From assembly GCA_964455935.1 (NCBI GenBank), contig CAYVZU010000004.1, forward strand, positions 3,695 through 67,694: a stretch of DNA of 64,000 nucleotides. The letters run 5' to 3'. Below the pieces are notes generated by a model. It had not been told where the DNA came from and searched no databases. It saw only the letters and a list, made by a program, of their open reading frames with translations. The DNA comes from an uncultured Fibrobacterota bacterium (lineage in GTDB: Bacteria; Fibrobacterota; CAYVZU01). Position numbers and translations under genes: made by a program. Shown in pieces: positions 18,333-29,784 of this stretch; positions within the stretch are counted from its first letter, which is position 1; each line of letters opens with the position of its first letter.

Positions 18333-18427
18333 AACGTTCAACGTTCGATGCCTAAGAAGGCCCTTCCGTTCGGGCTTGCCGGCGCGCGCCGGTCCCAGGC
18401 GGGGAGACCAACGCACAGGAATTCCTT

Positions 18428-18457
18428 GAAAACTCCCGTCTGAACAAGGGAGTTTTC
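18428..18457 (+). terminator. Rho-independent terminator-like hairpin after cbiO
   Basis: GAAAACTCCC-gtctgaacaa-GGGAGTTTTC forms a perfect 10-bp stem and ends in a U-run. It lies 96 nt downstream of the cbiO stop. Confidence 0.5.
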
Positions 18458-18530
18458 CGCTATGCATTTCGCGCCGGCCTTGTTTGCGGGCCTATCGAGC
18501 GTAATCCCTTCTCCCCTCTTCGCCTGAGCC

Positions 18531-18560
18531 TTTACATCATTTCCTCATCTGTGCTATATT
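18531..18560 (+). promoter_or_regulatory. Putative sigma70-like promoter for the secretin operon
   Basis: TTTACA/TTACAT (-35), a 17-18 nt spacer, then TATATT (-10). It lies about 40 nt upstream of the secretin ATG, which has RBS GGCGGGAG. Confidence 0.3.
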
Positions 18561-18598
18561 CGCTAAGTTCCTAATTCATTATAGAAGGCGGGAGTACC

Positions 18599-20530
18599 AT
18601 GCGGCTGCTGCATTCTTGTACGCTGTTGATTGGATTGACAACAATGGTCTTTGCCGCGCCGCCGGCCGGCACGCCCGCTCCTTCCGCAAAACCTCCCAAG
18701 CCAACTCCCGTCAGCAGCAAACCCGCGACCGCTCCGGAGCCGCCTGCAAGCGTCAGCGCGGCCGTTCCGCGCATGACCTTTGATTTCAAAGACACGGACA
18801 TCCGCGATATCGCCCGTTCCATTTCCATTGCCTATGGTCTTAACATCCTGATCGACAAGGATATCACGGTCAAGGTGACCGTGCATTTGACCGACGTTCC
18901 GGTCATGGAAGGCCTGCGCACGATTCTTGAATCCAACGGCCTGGCCCTAGTTCGCGAAGGCGATCTCTATCGCATCACCAAGCCGGTGGACCGAGGCAGC
19001 GCGGCGATCGATGCCAAGCGCGACACCATCAGTTTCAATATCAGCAACGTGGAAGTCAACGACTTCATCCGCGACATTTCAAGCAAAACGGGGATCAACA
19101 TCATCGCGGAAAAGAATGTCACCGGCCGGGTTTCCGGGTCGCTGCGCAATGTGGATGTGGAAGACGGGATCCGGGCTTTGCTGGAAGCCAACGGGTTTAC
19201 GATGCAGTACCGGGGCGAAATCCTGGTGGTGGGCATGCCATCCGAGGATGCCAAACGAAGGCCCGACCGGGAGGCCCGGCGGCTCGACGTGAGAGTAAAA
19301 GACAAGAAGGTGACCCTCGATCTCAAGGGCGCGGACCTGGGCGATGTATTAAAAGAGATCGCCGACCAGGGCAAGCTCGACATGATCACCTACGGAGCGG
19401 TCCGGGGCGAGGTCAACGCCAAATTGAAGGAGATGCCCATCGAGCATGCGGTCGCTCTCCTGGTTTCGGGGACGCAATACACCTTTGCCATTCGCGAAGA
19501 CATCTTGCTCATCGGCGACCGCAATGTCACCACCCCCTCCGGCCAGGCCTTGAGCATTGCCGAACTGGTTCACGTGAAACACATCAAAGCCGAGGGCCTC
19601 CCCAACCTTCTGCCCAAGACCATTCCAACGGGAAACGTTCAAGTCATTAAGGAGCAGAATGCAGTTTTAGTGACCGGTACCACGGACATCATTGCCCAAG
19701 TCAATGAATTCATTCGGCAAATCGACATTCCAACGCCGCAGATCATGATTGAAGCGGTCATTGTCGAATATGGGCGAGACCAGGGTCGCGAAGTGGGCGT
19801 ATCGGCCAGGTCGGGCCGCGGAGCCGACAGCCTGGAAATGCTCCTTCCCAGCATTGCTTACGGGGTCGGCGCCAGAACCCTCAATCCACGGCTGCCATCG
19901 GATATTGCGGGATTTAAATTCGGGACCGTAGGATTTCTGCCGGACGATTTTGTGATTCGGCTTCACGCATTGGAGCGCGACAAGCGCGCCAAAATTTTGG
20001 CGCAACCGCGCATTGCCACTCTTAACGGCAACAAGGCCTCCATCCATGTCGGCACAACGAGCTATTTCCGCCTGGCCGGCGGCACAACGACCGACCCCAT
20101 CACTCGTTTCCAAACCATCCAGTCCGGGATTACGCTCAACATTACGCCCTGGATTTCCAAAAGCGGGCAGGTCACGGCCGAAATCAGCCCCGAGGTCTCC
20201 AATACCACCGGCATCAACGAGGAAGGATTCCCCGATATTTCCGTGCGCAATGTCTCCACCACGGTGCGGCTCAACGACGGCGAGACGATTATCCTGGGAG
20301 GACTGATTCGCTCCGAGGACAAGAGCACGATCGAGAAAGTCCCCATCCTGGGAGACATTCCTCTGTTGGGATGGCTGTTCCGGTCCAAGATCGCGGCGAA
20401 ATCATCCAGTGAGCTGGCCATTTACATCACCCCTCACATACTGAATAAGGAAGACATTGTGGATATTGATAAAGAGCTGGAACAATTCAAGACACGATCG
20501 AATTCCGGCAAAGTTCCCGAACTCCGCTAG
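18599..20530 (+). CDS. Secretin (GspD/PilQ family) of a type II secretion / type IV pilus-like system
   Basis: A 643-aa protein with a signal peptide and a Pro/Ala-rich linker. It has N0/STN-like domains (FDFKDTDIRDIARSISIAYGLNILID...) and a C-terminal secretin domain (ILGGLIRSEDKSTIEKVPILGDIPLLGWLFRS). Confidence 0.8.
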   Translation: MRLLHSCTLLIGLTTMVFAAPPAGTPAPSAKPPKPTPVSSKPATAPEPPASVSAAVPRMTFDFKDTDIRDIARSISIAYGLNILIDKDITVKVTVHLTDVPVMEGLRTILESNGLALVREGDLYRITKPVDRGSAAIDAKRDTISFNISNVEVNDFIRDISSKTGINIIAEKNVTGRVSGSLRNVDVEDGIRALLEANGFTMQYRGEILVVGMPSEDAKRRPDREARRLDVRVKDKKVTLDLKGADLGDVLKEIADQGKLDMITYGAVRGEVNAKLKEMPIEHAVALLVSGTQYTFAIREDILLIGDRNVTTPSGQALSIAELVHVKHIKAEGLPNLLPKTIPTGNVQVIKEQNAVLVTGTTDIIAQVNEFIRQIDIPTPQIMIEAVIVEYGRDQGREVGVSARSGRGADSLEMLLPSIAYGVGARTLNPRLPSDIAGFKFGTVGFLPDDFVIRLHALERDKRAKILAQPRIATLNGNKASIHVGTTSYFRLAGGTTTDPITRFQTIQSGITLNITPWISKSGQVTAEISPEVSNTTGINEEGFPDISVRNVSTTVRLNDGETIILGGLIRSEDKSTIEKVPILGDIPLLGWLFRSKIAAKSSSELAIYITPHILNKEDIVDIDKELEQFKTRSNSGKVPELR

Positions 20531-20545
20531 CCTCTTTCCGAATCT

Positions 20546-21736
20546 ATGCTCGAAGTCCTTGATCCTGGAAAACGCACGGTCCTCTTTGACGACGTCCTGT
20601 TCTTTCACCGTCCCCGCCAGCCCCAGGACGCAGACCCCATCGCCTACCTGGAGGCGGAGATCGCGGGACTTCTGGGAGCTCAGGAAAGCCTGTCGGATGT
20701 CCTGTACCGATATCGGGAAACCGTCGACGGCTACCTGATCGGCCTGGCCCGGCGCAGCGCGATTCAGGGTCGCAGGCCCGATCCTCTTGTGGTCTGCCGT
20801 ATCCCTCACGCGGTCGCATTATGGCAACGGTTCGAGCAGATCCAGCCGCAGGCCGCTCCCATGGCTTTGCTTTATGTGCGCGATTTCGACCACCACTATA
20901 TTTTGACGGGCGATCGAACCGGGCTGTGCCGCGTGGCCAAGCTCAAGCCCACCCACCGCCTGGGCTATGATGTGTATTCGGCCGTTGAACGGGCTTGCCA
21001 GCTTCGGCCCGACCTGCGCGAAAACAAGCGACTGTATTGCGCGGGCGAAATTCCGGAATTCACCCGCGCGGCCCTGCTCGAACGCCATGTGGAAATCGTT
21101 CAGATCGTTCTTCCCAAGCGCCAGCAACTCGATCCGGCCCTGCTGCAGGAATGGGATTTCCGCCTGCCTCGGGAGGTCGAGGCGCAGATGCGATTTCACG
21201 AGGTGGTCAAAACGATACGGGTCGCCGCCATTTCGGCCGGTGTGATTCTGTCGGTCATCGCGATCCTCTTTGCCATGGAACGCGGCCTGGCCTGGCAGTC
21301 CGGAAAGAGCCGCCTGGTATGGCAAAGTCTCCAGAGCTCCTTGCGTGAGATGAATTTTCTGCGTACGCAGAACATGAACCAGATTTCCGAGCTCGCCATG
21401 GGCGTCCAGCTTTCCGGCATCCGGACAGGTCACGCCGCCGTGCTGCAGGTGCTGGCCGCCACAAGGCCGGCGCCGGTTCGCCTCGAACAGCTCACGCTTG
21501 CTCCATACCGGCAACGCGTTGCAGGCGGCGATTCGACTCCGGTGGTGGTCTACCGTCTTGAACTCAAAGGCCTTTGCGGGGCCGCCGGCCCGATCAGCGC
21601 ATGGATGGCCGCGCTCTCCGCGTCACCGCAGCTCGCGGGCGTCAAACTGATATCGGTGGAGCGCCGCGGAGAGGAACACGCATTCCGCATGGAATGCGAT
21701 GTGGCTGGTTTGGACCCAAAGGCGCGGGGACAATGA
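20546..21736 (+). CDS. GspL-like inner-membrane assembly protein (cytoplasmic domain, single TM, periplasmic domain)
   Basis: A 396-aa protein with one TM (VAAISAGVILSVIAILFAM) near residue 235, then a coiled-coil and a periplasmic domain. Topology, size and its position before a GspM/PilO-like gene match GspL. The call rests on architecture only. Confidence 0.35.
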   Translation: MLEVLDPGKRTVLFDDVLFFHRPRQPQDADPIAYLEAEIAGLLGAQESLSDVLYRYRETVDGYLIGLARRSAIQGRRPDPLVVCRIPHAVALWQRFEQIQPQAAPMALLYVRDFDHHYILTGDRTGLCRVAKLKPTHRLGYDVYSAVERACQLRPDLRENKRLYCAGEIPEFTRAALLERHVEIVQIVLPKRQQLDPALLQEWDFRLPREVEAQMRFHEVVKTIRVAAISAGVILSVIAILFAMERGLAWQSGKSRLVWQSLQSSLREMNFLRTQNMNQISELAMGVQLSGIRTGHAAVLQVLAATRPAPVRLEQLTLAPYRQRVAGGDSTPVVVYRLELKGLCGAAGPISAWMAALSASPQLAGVKLISVERRGEEHAFRMECDVAGLDPKARGQ

Positions 21737-21737
21737 A

Positions 21738-22643
21738 ATGGTGAGTGCGCGCACATACCGCCTGCTCCGGATCCTGATCCCGCTTTTTCTTCTTGTTCTG
21801 GCCCGCGGCTTCATTGGGAAAACCGTGGAGGAGGTTCGAGACGCGTACAGCCTTCTGCAATTCGAGCGCCATCGAATCGAAAACTCGGGTGTGCGCACGC
21901 GCGGACTCCCGGAACTCAAGGCCGACTTTGAAGCCTTGGCCCGCAAGAAGGCCCAGGTTTCCTCGTCGCTATTCGCGGTCAGCAGTGAAGCTTCGCTTTA
22001 CGATCTGCTGTTCCTGAAAGCCGAAGAGGCCGGCGCTATTATCATATCGGTTTCCTCGCGCCCCAAGCGCCGCTGCGCGGGGTACGACGAGCTGCCTCTT
22101 CAGTTGCGCGCCCGGGGCGCCTACCATGATCTGGCCTTGCTGGTAAACAGGATCGAAACATCGAGCCGACTGCTCCACATCGGGGAGTTGCGCATGTCGG
22201 TGGACGGCCGGGGCGAACTGACGGCGGATATGGACGTGACCGCGTACCTGCAATCCGCGGATTCCACGAAGACCGCCGGCCCGCGACGGTCCTCGCCGGC
22301 CCCGGCCTACCTCGCGGCACTCCAGAAAGCGCTGGCCGTGCGCACCATGAAGCCGGCATTCTCCTATGCGGCAACCGGAGGCGATCCGTTCTCGGCCCTG
22401 CCGGTCCGCAGATCCGGCGCAAAAGCAACGGGTATGGCCTCCGAGGCCCCCAATGTCAAGCTCAAGGGAATCCTCTGGAAGCAACCACCGCTTGCGGTTT
22501 TGGAATCCCTCGATGGTCAGACCCTGATCCTCCGTGAAGGCGATGAAATCGGCGGCTACAAGGTGCAATCGATTCTGCGCTCGGCCGTAAATCTGGTGGG
22601 GCCCAAGGGGACCCATGTTCTGGAACAGTATCAGCAGAAATAG
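21738..22643 (+). CDS. GspM/PilO-like protein fused to a PilP/GspC-HR-like C-terminal beta domain
   Basis: The start MVSARTYRLLRILIPLFLLVLA is an N-terminal TM. A PilO/GspM-like periplasmic fold follows. The C-terminus (KLKGILWKQPPLAVLESLDGQTLILREGDEIGGYKVQSI) resembles the PilP / GspC HR domain. It has a 4-nt overlap with the upstream gene. Confidence 0.45.
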   Translation: MVSARTYRLLRILIPLFLLVLARGFIGKTVEEVRDAYSLLQFERHRIENSGVRTRGLPELKADFEALARKKAQVSSSLFAVSSEASLYDLLFLKAEEAGAIIISVSSRPKRRCAGYDELPLQLRARGAYHDLALLVNRIETSSRLLHIGELRMSVDGRGELTADMDVTAYLQSADSTKTAGPRRSSPAPAYLAALQKALAVRTMKPAFSYAATGGDPFSALPVRRSGAKATGMASEAPNVKLKGILWKQPPLAVLESLDGQTLILREGDEIGGYKVQSILRSAVNLVGPKGTHVLEQYQQK

Positions 22644-22733
22644 CATGCCGGTCGGGAACCCACGATATGAAAACTATGCTTTGCTTTCCGACCGCTGAAG
22701 CTCGGCGATTCCTTGGCCGCTAACCCTCTTTTT

Positions 22734-24077
22734 ATGCTCTTTCGCACGCGTTCGAACGAATCCGGTTCCGCCATGGTACTCGCGATTGGGGTGGGAACCA
22801 TCGTTCTGCTGCTTGTATTTGGTTGGGCCGCTTTTTCGGTGCGACAGACCCGTTCGGGCTTGCACGATGAAAGCGAGCTGCGCGCCCGCTATGCCGCCGA
22901 ATCCGTGATCAGCAAATCCGTGTATGCTCTAATGGCCGCCCAAGCCGGTGTGCCCTTCGTGGATACCATTAAAATCGCGGGCGATTCTGTTTTGGAGCAG
23001 ATGATTGACTACTCGGATTCGGTCCATTCAAGCTCCGCCTCGGCAATGCTGGCCCATAAAGGGCCTTTTCTTCGCATCAGAGCCACGGGCCGCTCCAAAC
23101 AAAACCAGTGCATTGTCGAAGCCCAGTTTGGCCGCGAACTCTCAGCGGAGTTCCGCTATGCCCTGATCCTCACCGATGCGCGGCCCTTGAAGATCAACAA
23201 CGGGCTTGTCCGGGGCGACATCCAGGCCCCTTTCCCGCCGGCCGGCCAATTCGAGGGCAAATACCAGAAGGGGGCTTCTTGGCCAAATGTGGATTTCGCA
23301 CCCTTTCTGAATGTGATGGGAAGATTTGGCAACCGAATCAGGGCCCCGCAGCCGGGCGACAGCATTGTGGCCGGGCCCAAGGCTTACTCGCGAAAAAATC
23401 CTGTCCCGCTCAAACAGAACGCCGTGTTGTTTGTGGATGGGCCAATGCTGATCGACAATCCGCCGCCCTCCCCCGAAATGGTTCTGGAGGGACCGGCGAC
23501 CCTTATCGTCACCCGGGATCTTCAAATCTCCGGAAATGTGCGCCTGGACAATCTGGAAATTCTGGTCCGTGGACGGGTAAACTGCTTTGATCAGGCCCGG
23601 TTTCGCAACGTCACGATCTGCTCCCAAGGCACCATCTACTTCGACGATCAGGTGCGCTTCTGGGGGAGCCTGTATGCGGGCGAAAGCATCATTCTCAACA
23701 ACCAGGCATATGCCGAATCGCCCACACTGGCCTTCATTGCAGGGGCGGGAAAGCCGGCCCGCAGCTTCTTCCTGGGACAGGAAGCGCGGTTTGAAGGTGT
23801 AATGGTCTGCAAGGATAACCGGATCCCTTCAGGCATCGCAAAGACCGCGCTCTTCACCGGCGTTTTATACACCCTGGGCCCCCTCGCGCTGGAGGGCACG
23901 GTCCACGGATGCGTGGCCGCACGGTCTTTAGTCAACGACTTCGCGCCCGGACAGAATGCTCTCTGGAACGGTCGGATCATGCGCAACCAATTATCGCCTC
24001 ATTTCGTTTTGCCGGTCACCTTTGGAAAGCCCGGCCAAGATTACAAATTGATGAAGTGGACCGAGGCGCGCCAATGA
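22734..24077 (+). CDS. GspK/PilX-like minor pseudopilin-type protein (PilX_N-like hydrophobic N-terminus, beta-helix-like body)
   Basis: The N-terminus (RSNESGSAMVLAIGVGTIVLLLVFGWAAF) resembles PilX_N/GspK and lacks a conserved Glu5. The body is repetitive and beta-rich. The stop overlaps the next pseudopilin start (ATGA). The start is uncertain (22713 TTG or 22734 ATG). Confidence 0.4.
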   Translation: MLFRTRSNESGSAMVLAIGVGTIVLLLVFGWAAFSVRQTRSGLHDESELRARYAAESVISKSVYALMAAQAGVPFVDTIKIAGDSVLEQMIDYSDSVHSSSASAMLAHKGPFLRIRATGRSKQNQCIVEAQFGRELSAEFRYALILTDARPLKINNGLVRGDIQAPFPPAGQFEGKYQKGASWPNVDFAPFLNVMGRFGNRIRAPQPGDSIVAGPKAYSRKNPVPLKQNAVLFVDGPMLIDNPPPSPEMVLEGPATLIVTRDLQISGNVRLDNLEILVRGRVNCFDQARFRNVTICSQGTIYFDDQVRFWGSLYAGESIILNNQAYAESPTLAFIAGAGKPARSFFLGQEARFEGVMVCKDNRIPSGIAKTALFTGVLYTLGPLALEGTVHGCVAARSLVNDFAPGQNALWNGRIMRNQLSPHFVLPVTFGKPGQDYKLMKWTEARQ

Positions 24078-24454
24078 AGAAGTCGCCTGGATTTACGCTG
24101 ATCGAGGTCGTGGTTGCCGTGGTTGTTTTTGCCCTCATGATCACACCCGCAATCGGGGTGCTCTATGCCGAAGGCAAGCTGCAGCGCAAATACCAGGAAA
24201 AAAGCCGGGCCATGCTGATTGCCAAGTCCGAGATCGAACGATGGAAAGCCTGGCCCGGCGACTTGAAGGAGTTCGAGCGTCCGGTGGTCAGCAATGGCCG
24301 AACCTGGCATGTGACTCTTTCCGTAGAGCCCAGCGAAGAAGCTCTACGCATCGGCCGGCGCATCATTCGCCCGGAATTCATCACGGTATCCGTCGTAAAC
24401 GAGAACGGGAACGCCCTGGCGGAGTTTCGGGTCATGCGGGAGCCGTATCGATGA
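24074..24454 (+). CDS. Pseudopilin (prepilin-type N-terminal cleavage/methylation domain)
   Basis: A 126-aa protein. MKKSPGFTLIEVVVAVVVF is a class III signal with G|FTLIE. Confidence 0.7.
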   Translation: MKKSPGFTLIEVVVAVVVFALMITPAIGVLYAEGKLQRKYQEKSRAMLIAKSEIERWKAWPGDLKEFERPVVSNGRTWHVTLSVEPSEEALRIGRRIIRPEFITVSVVNENGNALAEFRVMREPYR

Positions 24455-25059
24455 AGAACATATGCGGGACCGCAAAGCAGACACCGCCTGCAGATTTCCG
24501 GCCACGGAGCATCATTCTGCGGCGGCTGTATTTCCGCCGCGGATTCGCCCTGATCGAATTGCTGGTGGCCCTCTCCCTTCTGGGGCTGGTGAGCGTTATG
24601 GTGTTTTCCTTTCACCAATTTACGCAGAGGTACGTTTTTTCCCGGCAGAAGAGCGCCCTTGCCTTTGAACAATCGCAGGCACTGCTGCGCAGCGCAAGTC
24701 GCAACATCCGCCTCAGTCGCGCCACTCTCTTGCTTGCGCCGCAGCAATGGGATTTCGTCCGCGCCGACGGCGAGACCTGTTCATACTCGTTCGGAGACAA
24801 TGTCCTTCGGTTTGACTCCACGGTAGTTCTGCGCGACAGCTCCGTCACAATCAGCTTCACGGGATTTGGCCAGGACAGCCTGCTCGATCTCAACCGCGAT
24901 CAAATGCTGGACTTCAAGGAAATGGATCTGGATGCCGACGGAAAACTCGAACCTCCCGAGACCGGCCGGATCGAACGGATCCGGGTGACAATCATGCCCA
25001 AAGCCAAAGGCGAGGACTTCATTCTGTTGAGTGAAGAAGCAATCCGCAATCGGATGTAA
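24451..25059 (+). CDS. Pseudopilin (prepilin-type N-terminal domain), GspH/J-like
   Basis: A 202-aa protein. RRGFALIELLVALSLLGLV is a class III signal-like segment with Glu5. It has ATGA overlap with the upstream pseudopilin. Confidence 0.65.
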   Translation: MKNICGTAKQTPPADFRPRSIILRRLYFRRGFALIELLVALSLLGLVSVMVFSFHQFTQRYVFSRQKSALAFEQSQALLRSASRNIRLSRATLLLAPQQWDFVRADGETCSYSFGDNVLRFDSTVVLRDSSVTISFTGFGQDSLLDLNRDQMLDFKEMDLDADGKLEPPETGRIERIRVTIMPKAKGEDFILLSEEAIRNRM

Positions 25060-25150
25060 CAGGGCTAATCAGACTCACGGGCAAACGGGTATTCCAAACC
25101 GGAAAAGGGACTGCAAACATTGTCCTGCGCCCTGAGGTGTTGGGGAGTAT

Positions 25151-25400
25151 GCCTGGAACCCGCGTAATTCGACCAATGGCGGGGCAGCCTGGGAAACCCG
25201 GGCATCCGGCACATATCAGGATTTGCGCTCGGTTTGTTTTGCGAATGCGCAGAACTGATGGGTCGCCGGCGACAACGGAGTAATTCTGGCAACATCAAAT
25301 GGCGGCGCGACCTGGATTGCTCGATGCGACCAATGGCTGGATTGTCGGCGACGCTGGAACCGTTCTAAAAGTTCAAAAGCAAGCGGAAGTCGCGGATAAA
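25151..25400 (+). pseudogene. Remnant of a BNR/Ycf48-like repeat protein gene (internal stop and frameshift)
   Basis: One frame reads STNGGAAWETRASGTYQDLRSVCFANAQN*WVAGDNGVILATSNGGATWIAR, with TGA where the repeat Gly is expected. A +2 frameshift then gives TNGWIVGDAGTVLKVQK. Both parts match the DGG-TW...GWxVGDxGTIL repeat of Ycf48/BNR proteins. There is no start and no N-terminal part. Confidence 0.4.
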
Positions 25401-25403
25401 TTT

Positions 25404-25438
25404 CGTGCGGAGACGTTGCCAGGCAACGTCTCCGCACG
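25404..25438. terminator. Bidirectional terminator-like hairpin between convergent pseudopilin operon and gdhA
   Basis: CGTGCGGAGACGTTG-ccagg-CAACGTCTCCGCACG is a perfect 15-bp stem. It lies 19 nt downstream of the gdhA stop (minus strand). Confidence 0.45.
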
Positions 25439-25456
25439 ATCTGAAAATGTTGCCGG

Positions 25457-27804
<2,348 letters not shown>

Positions 27805-27961
27805 GCAAGATTCCTTTTGATTATGCTGAGCAATATAAAATATTAATAAAACTAATGTAAAGCTCGGGTCGGGAAGAAGGAATTGCCGCACCGCCAACCC
27901 ATCCTGAACAGCGGCAAATAGCTATTTTCCAATACTCCAATTACGATTATCTCCAAATCAT

Positions 27962-29701
27962 ATGGACGAATATTATTATCCTTGGGCCGTTCCGTGGGCG
28001 CGATGGCTTAACCGCATTCTCATGTTGGTGGGGCTTGTCTCCGGCGCCGCGCTTGTAGCGCGGTACGGTTTTGAGTTTTCCGCCGCAATGATGGATCGAC
28101 TGGACGGGCTTCTCCCTCCGGTTCTTCTTTTCTTCGCGGCTCAGCATGGGATCAAAATCCTCCTGAGTCGAAGCAAGCCGCTTTTTTTACGCAGTCATGG
28201 TCTTGAAACGGCCCTGGTGCTGCTGAGCCTGATCGGAATGGGATTCTACCTCCTCATCGGAGGCCGCAGCAGAAGTCTCCCCTTGCCCTCCGGCACAATC
28301 CGGGTAGCCGCGCAGGTCCTGGTTGCCCTTAGCATTGCCGCAGGTCTGGTCCGGCTTAATCTGCGCATCGCAAATCTGCGCCTGAAACCCTCCACGACCT
28401 TTGCGGCCAGTTTCGTGCTGGTGATTCTGGTTGGGGCAGTCCTGCTGATGTTGCCCAATGCCACGCAACCGGGCCATGGGATTTCCTTCCTGGACGCGCT
28501 CTTTACGGCCACCAGCGCCACCTGTGTCACGGGACTCACCCTGTTCGACACCGGAACCCATTTTACGCTCCTGGGCCAAACCATTATCCTTGGTTTGATT
28601 CAGATCGGCGGTTTGGGAATTATGACATTTGCCAGTGCCCTGGCCATCTTTCTGGGAATGAGCTTTTCAATCCGAGACCGGATCATGCTGGGCGAAATGG
28701 TCAATGTGGATCAAATTGGCCTGATTTCCCGGACCTTGCGCAACATCGTGTTGATTACCTTCGGCATTGAAGCGGTGGGCGCGTTGATGCTTTCTCTCCT
28801 GTGGCGCAGCGAAGGTTGGGGCTTGGGCCGTCTGGCCTATAATTCGATTTTCCATTCCATTTCAGCGTTCTGCAATGCGGGGTTTTCCTTGTTCGGTTCG
28901 AACCTGTGCGCATACCAAAGCAGGGCCGGCATTCTGTCGGTTTTCTCCGCTCTCATTATTTTCGGCGGCCTTGGTTTTGCCGTGCTAATGGATCTGGGTG
29001 GATCGCATATTCTGTCCGGGGAAAAAACCGGGTTCCGCAAAATGCGATTGCAGTCCCGCATGGCTCTGCTGATGACCGGATTTCTGATCATTGCCGGAGC
29101 GGCGCTTCTCTACCTGCTTGAAAGGGGCAACCCGGAGTGGACGGGGCGCGAACGATTCTTTTCGGCTTTGTTTACATCCATCACAGCCCGAACGGCGGGG
29201 TTCAACACCGTGGATACAGCGGCCCTGTCCATCACATCGGCTTTGGTGCTGGTTGTTCTTATGTTCATCGGCGCTTCTCCGGGCGGAACCGGCGGAGGTA
29301 TTAAGACCACCTCGTTTGGCGTCCTGATCGCGGGGATTGCCGCGATGCTAACGGGGAAAAACCGGATCGTTCTCTTTCGCAGAAACATCCCTTTTGTGGC
29401 TCTCAACAAGGCACTTATCGTATTCTGCTTCTCGGCTGTGGCGGTCCTTCTTGGCACATTCGTTCTCACGATTACGGAGCGGGCCGACTTCATGGATATC
29501 ATCTTCGAGCAGGTCTCGGCCTTTGGAACCGTTGGCCTTTCGCGCGGATTGACGCCCAGGCTGAGCATTGTCGGAAAAATTGTGATTTCAATCACCATGC
29601 TGATCGGCCGGCTGGGGCCGATTACGCTGGCCTATGCAATCGGCGTTTCGCGCGAACGCCAGCGGATTGAATACCCGCAGGAACATGTCATGATCGGCTG
29701 A
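27962..29701 (+). CDS. trkH: Trk/Ktr-type potassium uptake membrane protein TrkH
   Basis: A 579-aa polytopic protein with repeated pore-loop motifs of the TrkH/KtrB family. Confidence 0.85.
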   Translation: MDEYYYPWAVPWARWLNRILMLVGLVSGAALVARYGFEFSAAMMDRLDGLLPPVLLFFAAQHGIKILLSRSKPLFLRSHGLETALVLLSLIGMGFYLLIGGRSRSLPLPSGTIRVAAQVLVALSIAAGLVRLNLRIANLRLKPSTTFAASFVLVILVGAVLLMLPNATQPGHGISFLDALFTATSATCVTGLTLFDTGTHFTLLGQTIILGLIQIGGLGIMTFASALAIFLGMSFSIRDRIMLGEMVNVDQIGLISRTLRNIVLITFGIEAVGALMLSLLWRSEGWGLGRLAYNSIFHSISAFCNAGFSLFGSNLCAYQSRAGILSVFSALIIFGGLGFAVLMDLGGSHILSGEKTGFRKMRLQSRMALLMTGFLIIAGAALLYLLERGNPEWTGRERFFSALFTSITARTAGFNTVDTAALSITSALVLVVLMFIGASPGGTGGGIKTTSFGVLIAGIAAMLTGKNRIVLFRRNIPFVALNKALIVFCFSAVAVLLGTFVLTITERADFMDIIFEQVSAFGTVGLSRGLTPRLSIVGKIVISITMLIGRLGPITLAYAIGVSRERQRIEYPQEHVMIG

Positions 29702-29784
29702 CTTCCTGCGCCCGGTTGATCCGGGCTTTGCCTTTTGCGTTTAGCGCTTTGCATTTTAAGCATGGGTTTAATACAAGGAGATCT

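Noticed and set aside
17649-18467. 272-aa minus-strand ORF antisense to cbiO
   Set aside because: It overlaps the entire ABC ATPase gene, has no motifs, and shows high-GC antisense artefact composition.
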